Below are positions 28,810-38,999 of a DNA stretch of 64,000 nt, one piece after another (within the stretch, counting starts at the first letter, position 1; every line of letters begins with the position of its first letter). The notes below the pieces were generated by a model. It saw only the letters and a list, made by a program, of their open reading frames with translations, was not told the DNA's origin and ran no database searches. Source of the DNA: an uncultured archaeon (GTDB lineage Archaea; Asgardarchaeota; Thorarchaeia; Thorarchaeales; Thorarchaeaceae); the NCBI GenBank assembly GCA_964558645.1, contig CAZLEV010000012.1, forward strand, positions 1 through 64,000, read 5' to 3'. Made by a program: the position numbers and the translations under genes.

Positions 28810-30009
28810 TCAGTAAAACGTGGGTTCAGTTTCACTTACGCCTTTCGGCGCCTCCATCTTCATGGTTTCCTCAGGAGATAGCACCTCTAGGAGCTCGTAG
28901 TCCTTGCTTCCCAAGCCCAGTTTTTGGGCATAGTCCAGTACGATGTAAGGATTCTTCATTGGTCCATGCAGGCGTGCAAAGGGATGCAAGTCAAAATCAG
29001 AATCTAGATTCGGACGCATGAAGGGAGGGATCATGCTCTCAATCAGCCCCTCTTTGGCAATCAGATCGAGTGACGCAGCCTCAACCGCGACGATATCTCG
29101 ACTGCCGAGTAAACCTATGTCGTTGACGACTGGTGGCTGTCCTATCCCCCAGCAATCACAATATGCTGTGATATCGATTAGGAAGCTGAGGAAGAAGACC
29201 TTGTTCTTGTCGAAGGTATCGAGAATAAGCTTTGCCCCAATGGCCATGAGCTCCTGAAACGCAGAGAAGTGTTCCTGCTTGAGTTCAAGGCAGCCAACGC
29301 CCTCATCAACTCTAAGACACTCTCCACACTGATTACACATGTCGAAGCTGAGATTCAGCTTGTGTTCATCCTCATCATAGCTGATACAGTCATCGGGACA
29401 GGACTGTACTAGGCGCTTCGCGTGCTCAGGTGTGCACTTGTCAGCATCCCAATAGGGGGTCGACTGTTGAATACCGTGATACTTCCGCCACCGGGTAGGT
29501 CCGGAGTAACCACCCAGAGCTATGTTCTTGATTGCTCCGCCAAAGCCGCATGAGTTGTGCCCCTTCACATGTGTCAGATCAATGAGCACATCGGCATCAT
29601 GTAGGACTCCTGCAAGCTCCATCCTCTCAACTTCGCGGAAGCCAACCTCCTGGGTGTATGTATATTGGTCTTTCACCCCAGCAACTGGAATGAGAGGGCA
29701 ACCACAGGTCTCCTGGGTATATCCGCGATGTGCCGCGTTGTACACTGAAGTGGGGTTGTCCGTAACGAACGGGAACGCACCCTCTTTCTTGATGGCCTCG
29801 GCAATACGCCTGACAAAGAATGGAGAGAGTGTCTGATATCCATCTCTGAACCCAAGATGCATCTTGATTGCAACTTTTTCTTTCTTCTCGATGGTGGAGA
29901 AGTCTAGTCGCTCGATCACCTCATCCAGCTTGGCAGCAAATGAGGCGAACCTTGCACGGTTACCGTGCTGTACTGACCCGAAATAGACTTTGGATGATTT
30001 TCTTGGCAT
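28810..30009 (-). CDS. DUF362 family Fe-S protein
   Basis: VAIKMHLG, THVKGH..GFGGAIKNIALG, CNQCGEC, CDCW, DIVAVEAAS. Confidence 0.85.
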   Translation of the reverse strand: MPRKSSKVYFGSVQHGNRARFASFAAKLDEVIERLDFSTIEKKEKVAIKMHLGFRDGYQTLSPFFVRRIAEAIKKEGAFPFVTDNPTSVYNAAHRGYTQETCGCPLIPVAGVKDQYTYTQEVGFREVERMELAGVLHDADVLIDLTHVKGHNSCGFGGAIKNIALGGYSGPTRWRKYHGIQQSTPYWDADKCTPEHAKRLVQSCPDDCISYDEDEHKLNLSFDMCNQCGECLRVDEGVGCLELKQEHFSAFQELMAIGAKLILDTFDKNKVFFLSFLIDITAYCDCWGIGQPPVVNDIGLLGSRDIVAVEAASLDLIAKEGLIESMIPPFMRPNLDSDFDLHPFARLHGPMKNPYIVLDYAQKLGLGSKDYELLEVLSPEETMKMEAPKGVSETEPTFY

Positions 30010-30148
30010 GGACTCTACATTGAAACACCTGGTTTTGATTGTTCCGCAAGGTGCCGTTGCTTACAACACGTGTTCGGGCCAATGGATTGCTAGGAATAGA
30101 ACACTTATCTCAGGGCATGAGAATAATGCTGCAGCGGGTATTGTGAGC

Positions 30149-30613
30149 ATGACCTCAAGTAGGAACACGTCAATGCCAGTCATCAGCTCGGTACTCTTGC
30201 TGATTGGAACAGTGCTTCTTCCCTATGGGTACCATGAAACCGTTGGTCTGGGTTCAGCAAATCATTTGATTCGATGGCCATTCTGGGTGTTCTTGGACTC
30301 CTTCTACCACACAGGATTCACGTGGATTAGTGTACAGGAGATACTGGAGTTCATTCCCTTCTGGCTCATGAGACTCGTTCCTGTCTACTGGGTTTTCCGG
30401 TACTACTCCGGAGAAACCACACGGCGACAGACACTTGTCGTGGCCATCATCTCAGAGTCGCTGCCGCTCATCTTGACCCTACCGGGCTACCTGTTCAACC
30501 TCATGCAGCCGTCCCCATTCTCATCGCTCGTTCTCCCGATACCTGCCCTGCTGGGTCTAACCCTCATCCTTCTCTATTTCACTCCCTACGGCAGCATAGA
30601 AAGTGCCTGGTAG
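30149..30613 (+). CDS. Hypothetical membrane protein (about 4 TM)
   Basis: Hydrophobic segments; start set at ATG 30149. Confidence 0.6.
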   Translation: MTSSRNTSMPVISSVLLLIGTVLLPYGYHETVGLGSANHLIRWPFWVFLDSFYHTGFTWISVQEILEFIPFWLMRLVPVYWVFRYYSGETTRRQTLVVAIISESLPLILTLPGYLFNLMQPSPFSSLVLPIPALLGLTLILLYFTPYGSIESAW

Positions 30614-30712
30614 GTACTGCTGCATTATGACCAGAGTACCAGAGTATTGCCCTAAGACGTGCGGTCTGCATGCATTTCTAGGTCAGCGGCGGGAATCCGT
30701 ACTAAGGTATAA

Positions 30713-31372
30713 ATGGATTCTATGCCTTATATCGCTGAGGTTGGGCGTAGTTTGACCGAACGGCAAGAAAAGGGTTACTTGATTGAGTTCGATCCCGAAA
30801 GGGTAGATTTCCCAACATTCTGCCCAGTGTGCGAAGCTCCCGCCACGTCAGTCGGCTTCATTGAGGCATCTGGCTCCGAGATTGGAAGTGCTCGAAAGCA
30901 TCATTACGGGGCATGGGATCAAGTCACCCCGTTTGCATTCCTCTATCGCAGAGGACCAGGCAGGCCTCTCGATGGATACTACTCACGTAGGAAGCTGAGT
31001 ATTCCAACCTGTGAAGACCATGCGTATCCAGCTTACGAGATGAATAAGAAGAAATGGATCTGTTTGGTAGCTAATGCCTTCTCCACTCTCTTCTTCATCT
31101 TCTTCATCACGTCTGTCCTGATAGAATCCGTGTACAGAAATCAAATCTGGGTTCCTCCATCATTGGTTCTGCCCTTGCCGCTAGTGACCATTGTAATGCT
31201 AACATCGTATCGTCTACTTGGTCCCAATGATCTTATGAAATCATTCACCATTCTAGGTGGCGGCGAAGAGGGAATGATGGTCGTACGAATTAGGAATCGG
31301 GCCTATGCCCAGGAGTTTCTGCACCATAATCCCGAGTCCGAAGTGATAGTCGACCCCTCTCAGAGTCTGTAG
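30713..31372 (+). CDS. Membrane protein with a putative Zn site
   Basis: FPTFCPVC...IPTCEDH followed by two TM helices. Confidence 0.65.
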   Translation: MDSMPYIAEVGRSLTERQEKGYLIEFDPERVDFPTFCPVCEAPATSVGFIEASGSEIGSARKHHYGAWDQVTPFAFLYRRGPGRPLDGYYSRRKLSIPTCEDHAYPAYEMNKKKWICLVANAFSTLFFIFFITSVLIESVYRNQIWVPPSLVLPLPLVTIVMLTSYRLLGPNDLMKSFTILGGGEEGMMVVRIRNRAYAQEFLHHNPESEVIVDPSQSL

Positions 31373-31457
31373 ACGAAATGCGTGGGGTTCACATCAGGAT
31401 TCTAGATCGGCTATCACTTCCGAAACCTCTTCTTCGTATGTTACCGCGAAAGGACTC

Positions 31458-32783
31458 TCATGCATCTCGGATCTTCTGTTTGCCTCTCTGCAGGAATGGA
31501 GTGAACTTGATACGCGATGGGCAGACGTAGGAACACAGTCCACATTCTATGCAGACTTCGACATGGAGCTTCTTCAGTTGCTCAATATCGCCCGCCTTCT
31601 CAGCCTCCATTATCAACTGAGGATAGATATCGACTGGACAGACCGTATTGCAGTAGGCGCATCGGATGCAAGGTAGCGAGTCCTCGTAAGGATCGGTTTC
31701 GGCTTCTGTGAAAGCAGTGATCCCTGAGGTTGCCTTCAGGAGAGGATATGATGGATCTGGTATCGATGGACCCATCATCATAGAGCCGATGGCAATTCTC
31801 TGGAATTCAGTGGGGGCGACTCCTAGGAATTGCAGAACGTGTTCGACTGGTGTGCCCATTCGCACCCACAGATTGTTTCCCCCAGTCTTCTGCGAATACG
31901 CTGTGAGACCTCTGCTGACGAGCGATTCTCCATCAACAATTGATCGCTTGACGGCATGAGCAGTTGAGACATTATGAACCACGACCCCAATATCCGGCGG
32001 AAACTTCCCTGATGGAACCTCCCTGCCCAGAACTTCCTTCACCAGGAGCTTCTCACTACCGATTGAATAGCAGGGCCGGATTCTAGCAATGTTAACATTG
32101 TTTTCACTCAGGATCCGCTCAAACTCTGGCGTTTCACCCTCTTTGGTACGTGTGGCAAAGATAATCTCATCTGCGTCCAGCATCTGTGTCATCAGCTGTA
32201 TCCCTGTCATTATCTCATCGGGACTCTCCAACATCAGACAAAAATCACATGCTATGTTCGGGTCGCTCTCCTTCGCGTTGATGATCAAATGGGATATTGG
32301 TTTGCCTGGAGAGAGCTTGAAGTGAGTTGGAAACGCGGCCCCGCCTAGACCCACAATCCCTGCCTCTCTCACTCTCTCCACGAGTTCATCTTTTGTTGCA
32401 TTATCCGGATCCAGAGGTTTGTAGTATGGCTTATGATCTTCATCCTTGGTCTCAATCACCACGGCATTCTCTACGCGACCTGACACAGGATGGACCATCT
32501 CTGTCAACTTGGTGACGACGCCGTTGACTGGACTGTGCACGGGGACCACCAGCGGGCCTCCATTGGGGTCGTCTCCAATCTTCTGTCCGTACGCCACTTG
32601 GTCACCTACCTTCACAAGGGCTTTTGTCTCAGGGCCAATATGCTGACGGAGGAATACAACCATCTTATCAGCCGGGGGAACCGTAGTGAAGGGACTGCTT
32701 AGTGCATCAATCTTCATGGACAAGTCCATCTTGAAGCCACCCTTCTCGACGAACTCAGTGACGCGTTTGCCCTCGTTATTCAT
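31458..32783 (-). CDS. rnfC: Rnf complex subunit C-like (flavin/2x[4Fe-4S])
   Basis: LRQHIG...VKVGDQV..GQKIG, VHSPVNG, AGIVGLGGAAFPTHFK, CIRCAYCNTVCP, CIECGLCSYVCPS. Confidence 0.93.
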   Translation of the reverse strand: MNNEGKRVTEFVEKGGFKMDLSMKIDALSSPFTTVPPADKMVVFLRQHIGPETKALVKVGDQVAYGQKIGDDPNGGPLVVPVHSPVNGVVTKLTEMVHPVSGRVENAVVIETKDEDHKPYYKPLDPDNATKDELVERVREAGIVGLGGAAFPTHFKLSPGKPISHLIINAKESDPNIACDFCLMLESPDEIMTGIQLMTQMLDADEIIFATRTKEGETPEFERILSENNVNIARIRPCYSIGSEKLLVKEVLGREVPSGKFPPDIGVVVHNVSTAHAVKRSIVDGESLVSRGLTAYSQKTGGNNLWVRMGTPVEHVLQFLGVAPTEFQRIAIGSMMMGPSIPDPSYPLLKATSGITAFTEAETDPYEDSLPCIRCAYCNTVCPVDIYPQLIMEAEKAGDIEQLKKLHVEVCIECGLCSYVCPSRIKFTPFLQRGKQKIRDA

Positions 32784-33832
32784 TGTTCATCTCCTCCGCC
32801 TGACTCTTTGAGGCCGTAGGGTGTTTTGATTCCAACCTTGTCTAGATATGGCGTAGCGAAATTCAGCAGTACGAGAGCAATGATTGAGCCGCCGAGAACG
32901 TTGAGGAGTTGCAGCACAAATGTCAGAATAGCAAGAACAACACCGAAGATGATCTGGGAAGTCTCGGGCATAGGAGTTGACTGGGGCTCGGTTGCCATGA
33001 AGAAGATCATGAATATGACACTTCCAGTGAACACATGGAATGCAACCCGCAACACAGGGTCTCCTCCCACAGCGACACCGGTGATGATTGCTAGTGCCGT
33101 GATCGTTGACAGAGTGGCTGCGATAATACGCCACTTGAACCTGAGCCAGTAGGCAGCGACCAGACCCACAACTAGGACGACAGCTCCACATGCTCCGCCA
33201 ATCCAACCATGGGTTTGCCAGAGAACAAGAGCCTGAGCCGGCGTTAGTTCGATGTTCAGGATTGGCAAAACCTTTCCGCTGAATATCCACATCGAACTCT
33301 GGAAACCCTCGGCAGTAAGAAGATTCAAGCTAAGATGATGCGGATGGAAGAGCATTCCAACATCAAGCGAGTCCTCGAGGAAAATCATCAAGGAGAGCAA
33401 TACTAGGAGGAGAGTCTTTGATGCTGCGGCTGGATTCAGGTATTTCCTCCCGAAATAGGCTCCCTGACCATACTTGAAAACAGCGATTGTGACTAGCGCA
33501 ACGGCAGCCGTTACCTCAAATGGACTTGCAATGGGCATGGCAAGCGCCACAATCATTCCTGCAACCATCGGGGACGAAGGCGATTGATAGGTCGGCTTCT
33601 CCTTTCTCCATCTCTGATACGAGTAAACCAAACCATGGAATAGCAAGACTGTACTCATAGCTACCAGTATATGGATGAGGGCGTTCAGTCCCATCACAAT
33701 CACTGATGAAAACGCGATGATTAGCAGCGCCACAAATGTCTTGAACATGAGCTCATCCTTGGTGAATCCCAAGTGCATGTGTGGCGGCTTAACCTCCTGA
33801 TATTTCGCTGGACTTCCTTCTTCACCAGACAT
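32780..33832 (-). CDS. rnfD: Rnf complex subunit D-like membrane protein
   Basis: PPH...M, K..G.YFG...LNPAA, FFMATEP.STP, NFATPYLD; start set at MSGEE. Confidence 0.85.
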   Translation of the reverse strand: MSGEEGSPAKYQEVKPPHMHLGFTKDELMFKTFVALLIIAFSSVIVMGLNALIHILVAMSTVLLFHGLVYSYQRWRKEKPTYQSPSSPMVAGMIVALAMPIASPFEVTAAVALVTIAVFKYGQGAYFGRKYLNPAAASKTLLLVLLSLMIFLEDSLDVGMLFHPHHLSLNLLTAEGFQSSMWIFSGKVLPILNIELTPAQALVLWQTHGWIGGACGAVVLVVGLVAAYWLRFKWRIIAATLSTITALAIITGVAVGGDPVLRVAFHVFTGSVIFMIFFMATEPQSTPMPETSQIIFGVVLAILTFVLQLLNVLGGSIIALVLLNFATPYLDKVGIKTPYGLKESGGGDEQ

Positions 33833-33971
33833 GTCAGCAACACCTAGCCGTTTTTCCAATAGACAACACTCAATCTTAAAAGCTCTTGCCATCGAATTGA
33901 CCGTGCGGTTAAGGATTCGGTGCAAAGAATAGGAAATTCTATTGCTCGATGCACAACCACAGTTTCTTGGT

Positions 33972-34526
33972 TCACATACCAGGTGTGTTCACGCCGAATG
34001 CTCTTCTGACGAGGTTCCCAAGTGCAAAGCTAGCCATCGCATACCATGGCCAGAAATACAGACCAAAACCAAGCCCACTAACAGGCGTACCCAAAAACCC
34101 TACCAGGAAGGGCAGCAACTTGTGGGCGTTAAATGGCAGAATGGCGACGGGGGTTGCACCATAGAGCGAGTTGAGGATCCAGAATATTATCAGAAAGGGG
34201 ATGTAGAAAATACACATGGGCTTCATTCTTGAACCCATCATCTCAGACTGGAGTCTCAGTATCCTCCCCTGCGAATCCTGAACCTCTTGAAGCAGATACG
34301 GATCCATTGTCCTCCGGGCTTCTTTGAACTTCTTCTGCCACTCTTGGACCTCCTCCATGTCCTTCTGAAGTTTCTCAACATCGCTGAAACGTAGTGTAAC
34401 CCATGAAGATATCAACGCTAATCCTACACTCACGAACACAACAAATGCTGCGGAGCTAGGATACGAGGATACGGGCTGCAATGCGTTGACGAAGAACTGA
34501 AGTATATCACCAAATAGGTCCAACAA
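33972..34526 (-). CDS. DUF106 / EMC3-TMCO1 (Oxa1 superfamily) membrane insertase
   Basis: TM1, coiled coil, MKPM...IPF, terminal WY...S. Confidence 0.85.
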   Translation of the reverse strand: MLDLFGDILQFFVNALQPVSSYPSSAAFVVFVSVGLALISSWVTLRFSDVEKLQKDMEEVQEWQKKFKEARRTMDPYLLQEVQDSQGRILRLQSEMMGSRMKPMCIFYIPFLIIFWILNSLYGATPVAILPFNAHKLLPFLVGFLGTPVSGLGFGLYFWPWYAMASFALGNLVRRAFGVNTPGM

Positions 34527-34960
34527 TCATCACGCGCCTTTGACGTCAAGCAGTCTGAACCAGTTTTAAGGCTTCTCGTTCCACAGAAGTAAAAGCTGGT
34601 CTGCTACCTCCCGTAACAACATACTCTCCTAAAGGAACGGCTATGAATGCCTCTTTCCGGCAAGAGAGCATGTTAGGAGCTCTGCTCTTCCGGAGGGCGT
34701 GTATTATCTTCGTATTACGTCCCCCGCCCCCGGATAGTCTTCCATTTTGTAAACGTTAGGGGTATGTTTGGGCTATGATGCGAGTCATTGTTGTACACGA
34801 TAGCTAAATCGCGCCAAACAGATTGCCAGCTAGAGGGCAAATGAGGGCAATATTGACCCAGAGAGCTTGATTAATCCGTGTACTGCTTAGAAAGTGTAGG
34901 ATTTATATTAGGGTAACATGTACTCGTTGAGTTGTCTGCCGCCGGGAGGGCTAGACAAAC

Positions 34961-35227
34961 ATGATGATGCTAAGAATGCTAAGACGACAAGGTTTCTACA
35001 GAGTGAAGAATCAAGATCAACCTGTCTACATGAAACATCAAGTAGGCATTGGTGGCGTGTACGTTCGTATCGAGAAGCGAAAGGCCACCATCACTGTACG
35101 TGATCTTGATATTGAAGAAGAGTTCACAAGAGTGAAGCGACTGGAAGACTTCATCTCATCACTAGATGACGAGTCATACCGACAGAAGTGCTTCATCGTC
35201 AACAAGATGAAGGGCATGGGTTCCTAG
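34961..35227 (+). CDS. Small basic hypothetical protein
   Basis: 88-aa ORF with upstream TATA-like TTTATATTA. Confidence 0.6.
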   Translation: MMMLRMLRRQGFYRVKNQDQPVYMKHQVGIGGVYVRIEKRKATITVRDLDIEEEFTRVKRLEDFISSLDDESYRQKCFIVNKMKGMGS

Positions 35228-35277
35228 TCCTGACATCTCGCCCTCATTGTCTTCTCTCTATGAGATGATGACAATAC

Positions 35278-36684
35278 GTGAGGTTCAATAAGCCAGCTTC
35301 ATCTGTCCACGTAATGTCCACAGACGCACACCGCTTTCACAAGGCAGTTCAACTCGGAAATTTCGATGAGAGTCGACTAATCATTGACAGGATAATGCAT
35401 GAGGGAACCATAGACACGTTCGCGAACTCGTTTACCTTTCTCTACGGCTCCACACCGGAGTCACACCTCAGAGTAAGAGACCATGTCTTCTTTGCGTTAA
35501 ACGCCCGTCCGATTTATACAGCACTTCAAGTTGACTCTGCAGAGTTACTGCTGCAATTGGGTGATGCCAAGGACCTTGAAGATGCAGGAGCAAAGCTCCT
35601 TGCGTCGACAAGGGAGATGTTTGATGGGGGAAACCCTGATCTAGTGAAGAGGCGCCTAGAGTTCGAACTCCTGTCTCTTAACGAATATGCACTCATGTCG
35701 TCAGAGGTCATCCAATATCATACGGACATGCTCGCAAATATTCAGATTCCGTACTCTATCCTACGCCGGTCGGGACATGAACTCATCAGGTATTCGTTGA
35801 GAGGGCTCTTTGATAGCCACTACGGAGAGATGGTTCTGGCCTCGATTGGAATAGATAGGAACTCAACGGTTATTGGAGAGCAGCAATGGCTTCAGGTTGG
35901 AAGCCTCCTCGAGCAGCTTGATCTTGAACTTGACCAGATCCTTACTGAGGTTGCCCCGGAGGTCTGGCAAGATGCTCTCGATGGGTTCCGGCCCACCGAT
36001 AGTACTTATCCAGACCAAGCAGTCCTTGAGAGAGTATATCAGACACGATTACTCTTCAAAGCCGGTTCCGAGGATAGACGGAGAGACGCGATTGCATCAT
36101 TCAAAGATTCTCCCACCTTCTTCTTCCTTGACCAGATTGTCGAGCTCCTCAACACTGGAAACTCCTCTGAAAGGTTGGAAGCTCTCCGTGCGGTGGAAGC
36201 AATGTCAATGCCCAGATCCGAGTCACAGGCAATTGTATCTCCGCTGCTCTCAGATCCTAGTTCACGCGTTCGAAAGAAGGCTGCCGAGATATTCTCAAAG
36301 GTTGTATCACGAGATTTTCAGATAAGAACAGACCCGGGCAGTATCGAGGTTGCGGCAAAGAGCCTAGAGGACTACATCATGGGATCCGATTGGTTCAAGG
36401 CATCAAATCTGAAACTGCTCGAGTCTTACCTCTCTCACTTCTCTCCACTCGTCAGGGTTTCAGCTGTTCGAGGCCTTAGGCATGTACCGCCGGGTAAGAT
36501 TGGTAATCTACTCCTCCCCTTGATGAGTGACGAGGATTACAGAGTAAGAAAGGCTGTAGTCGAATCGGCGCACCATCTCTCCGAGCCGTATTCGACGACG
36601 GTAATCAGACAGGCACTAGAAGACGACCATGAGGAAGTGAGGATTACAGCAGACAGGCAACTGAACAGGGAAGGAGCCGGCTAA
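35278..36684 (+). CDS. HEAT-repeat protein
   Basis: LSDPSSRVRKKAA, SPLVRVSAV, MSDEDYRVRKA, LEDDHEEVR. Confidence 0.8.
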   Translation: MRFNKPASSVHVMSTDAHRFHKAVQLGNFDESRLIIDRIMHEGTIDTFANSFTFLYGSTPESHLRVRDHVFFALNARPIYTALQVDSAELLLQLGDAKDLEDAGAKLLASTREMFDGGNPDLVKRRLEFELLSLNEYALMSSEVIQYHTDMLANIQIPYSILRRSGHELIRYSLRGLFDSHYGEMVLASIGIDRNSTVIGEQQWLQVGSLLEQLDLELDQILTEVAPEVWQDALDGFRPTDSTYPDQAVLERVYQTRLLFKAGSEDRRRDAIASFKDSPTFFFLDQIVELLNTGNSSERLEALRAVEAMSMPRSESQAIVSPLLSDPSSRVRKKAAEIFSKVVSRDFQIRTDPGSIEVAAKSLEDYIMGSDWFKASNLKLLESYLSHFSPLVRVSAVRGLRHVPPGKIGNLLLPLMSDEDYRVRKAVVESAHHLSEPYSTTVIRQALEDDHEEVRITADRQLNREGAG

Positions 36685-36741
36685 TCTTTCGGCCACACTG
36701 GGAGTTTGAGCAGGAATGCTTTGGAACTACCAACTCATCCA

Positions 36742-37935
36742 CTAGAATCCAATCTTGGCGCGCAGATATCCCGGTGCGCAGGCTAGAATTGCATGCCTTA
36801 CCGACCTCTCACCGACCAGCATCTCAGCGATGATTCGCTGGTATTTCTCTGACTTCAGTAAAGAGCTTCCGAGTGAGCCTGATCCCCCACCAAGGAGTCT
36901 GCTTTGCAGCCACGCACCCCAGCGTAGATCAGAACCAATTCGAGACCTCCACATCTCTTCATATCGACTGAGGGCTTTCTTAGAAAAGTCATCCTCCTGT
37001 ACCGCTTGGGAGGCCACTGTTCCAGCGCACTCACCTCCCACAGCAGAGTAAAAAATCCCCTCTCCGGAAATAGGTGAACAATGTCCTGCTGCATCACCAG
37101 CAAGCAGAACTCGGTCGGAGAAAGAAGGTGTCACGACGCCAGCAAGGGGCATGAGGGCAGCCTCCTTGCGAATGACATGGCTTCCGCGGAGTTGCTCACC
37201 TATCACAACATGGTCCATAAAGCGATGTAGATAGGCATCGATTGGTGTTGCGTCTTCACGCACTCTTGAAACAAGTCCGCCCGAACCTACCACCGCAGTG
37301 TCTCTGCGAGGATACAACCAAGCATAGCCCCCTGGACTGTATTCGTGACCATAGAAGAAGTCAATGGCATTGCCGTACTCATCAGCGCCTGGCTCGCGCT
37401 CAAAGATGTATTGTCGACCATAACCCATCTTGGAATTGGGGATTCGGGGCCTAACGTACCCGTGCCGAAGACTGACAGGATTGGCTCCGCTGCAATCAAT
37501 CAGTATCTTAGCTTTGACTGGCTCTTGCCCACTTGGTCCGTCAACCGTTAGCTCACAACCTGAGGAATCGATAGACGCACTTCTGACCTCTGTTTCCAGC
37601 TGAACGAATTCCTCGTAGTGACGCACTCTCTCAAGGAGAGCAAGACCAAGTTGATCCCGGGCGACATCATAACCAACCGGTCTATGAAACTCAACTCGGA
37701 CTGGATCCATCTCAGGAAACTTCAACCTCACAGCGTCGATGGCCCAGCAGCCGGCAAAGGGCCTGAGTCCGAGTTCAGTGAACATTCGAGCAGGTACGAA
37801 CCCTCCACAAGACTTCTCTTGTCCGGGGACTCGCTCGCGACTGAACAGTCTGAAATCCACACCGTTCTCACTGAGTACATGGGCTGCCAGCAGACCCGCA
37901 GGACCCGCGCCGACCACAACCACATCAGGGCACAT
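36742..37935 (-). CDS. Geranylgeranyl reductase family FAD oxidoreductase
   Basis: VVGAGPAG, KSCGG, PGGYAWLYP, LAGDAAG..SPISGEGI. Confidence 0.92.
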   Translation of the reverse strand: MCPDVVVVGAGPAGLLAAHVLSENGVDFRLFSRERVPGQEKSCGGFVPARMFTELGLRPFAGCWAIDAVRLKFPEMDPVRVEFHRPVGYDVARDQLGLALLERVRHYEEFVQLETEVRSASIDSSGCELTVDGPSGQEPVKAKILIDCSGANPVSLRHGYVRPRIPNSKMGYGRQYIFEREPGADEYGNAIDFFYGHEYSPGGYAWLYPRRDTAVVGSGGLVSRVREDATPIDAYLHRFMDHVVIGEQLRGSHVIRKEAALMPLAGVVTPSFSDRVLLAGDAAGHCSPISGEGIFYSAVGGECAGTVASQAVQEDDFSKKALSRYEEMWRSRIGSDLRWGAWLQSRLLGGGSGSLGSSLLKSEKYQRIIAEMLVGERSVRHAILACAPGYLRAKIGF

Positions 37936-38297
37936 GATGGAGGCTGGACTGCGTACATGTCTAATAAGTCTGGTCACTGCCTAACGTGTACTAACGAGGT
38001 GGATTGTACACCCACGTCTAAGACCGATGAGAACCCGTGATAGTATCGTGTACTGTTCCCTTCGTGCTTCCTGTAATTCCCTTCTGAGTCAATTAGTTGC
38101 TTCGAGAAACAAGGGGGTGAATACGGCGTAAACGGATACTCCCGGATAGTCATCGTAAGGTCAGCAGACTTGCCGCTGTACACGCGAGCACACCCAGAGT
38201 ACATGTTTCGGCCCAATCAGAAACAAGCAACTGAGCTATCACCGCTTCCCTAGCCTTTATTCGTGCCAATCTGCTAAGTACTGAGTGAAGGAAACAA

Positions 38298-38867
38298 TTG
38301 ATAATCATGGCTATTCTACGACTCATACCCTACGCGCAGATTCCGAACGATCTTCTATTCTATCTGAGAAACAATGTCGAAAAGGGACTCCCTGATGAGC
38401 TGTTTCGGAAGGTAACCGCTTCTTCAGAAAGGCTCGCCATTCCGGACGACAGCTTCGTGCAGACCAGAAACCAGTATCGCGCAGATGATTTCATCAGTGA
38501 CCTCGTTTCCCATATGCCAGAGGATGGTCGTGCCGTTGGCGTTATTGACAAAGACCTATTCTCTGCAAAAGAGGAATTCGTCCTTGGACTGGCCGAACGA
38601 GGACGTAACGCAATCGTCGCACTACCACGCCTGAGAGAGGAATTCTATGGACGAGCTCCTGACGAGGATCTCTTCAGAAGGAGAGCAATCACTGTCATCT
38701 TGCACGAGCTGGGGCTAGCGATGAAGCTCGAAACCTGTGACAATGAGTGCGTTATGCAGGCTTTTAGCAGTGTGAGGGACCTCGATTCGATGCCACAGGT
38801 CTTCTGCTCTGACTGTACTCAAGAACTTAGAAAGAGATACGTCACTCAGATTGGAGAGAAGCGATAG
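38298..38867 (+). CDS. Archaemetzincin-like protein, catalytic Zn site degenerate
   Basis: RNQYRA, DLF....FVLGLA, HELGLAMKLETC..CVM...FCSDC. Confidence 0.8.
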   Translation: MIIMAILRLIPYAQIPNDLLFYLRNNVEKGLPDELFRKVTASSERLAIPDDSFVQTRNQYRADDFISDLVSHMPEDGRAVGVIDKDLFSAKEEFVLGLAERGRNAIVALPRLREEFYGRAPDEDLFRRRAITVILHELGLAMKLETCDNECVMQAFSSVRDLDSMPQVFCSDCTQELRKRYVTQIGEKR

Positions 38868-38999
38868 AGCAAGCATCGCTCCTTGAAAGTAGTTTGATAG
38901 AATCCCTTTCATCACTCTTCTGAGCCGAGAAACCACTTTGTCAGGATTTATCAGTAGGCGTTTCGCGCTCTCTATGAATCCCTAAGAGTGTGAATCCGC

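Noticed and set aside
34681-34700. CCGGAAG-AGCAG on the minus strand resembling SRP RNA helix 8
   Set aside because: The required upstream AGG and the rest of the roughly 300-nt archaeal SRP structure are absent.
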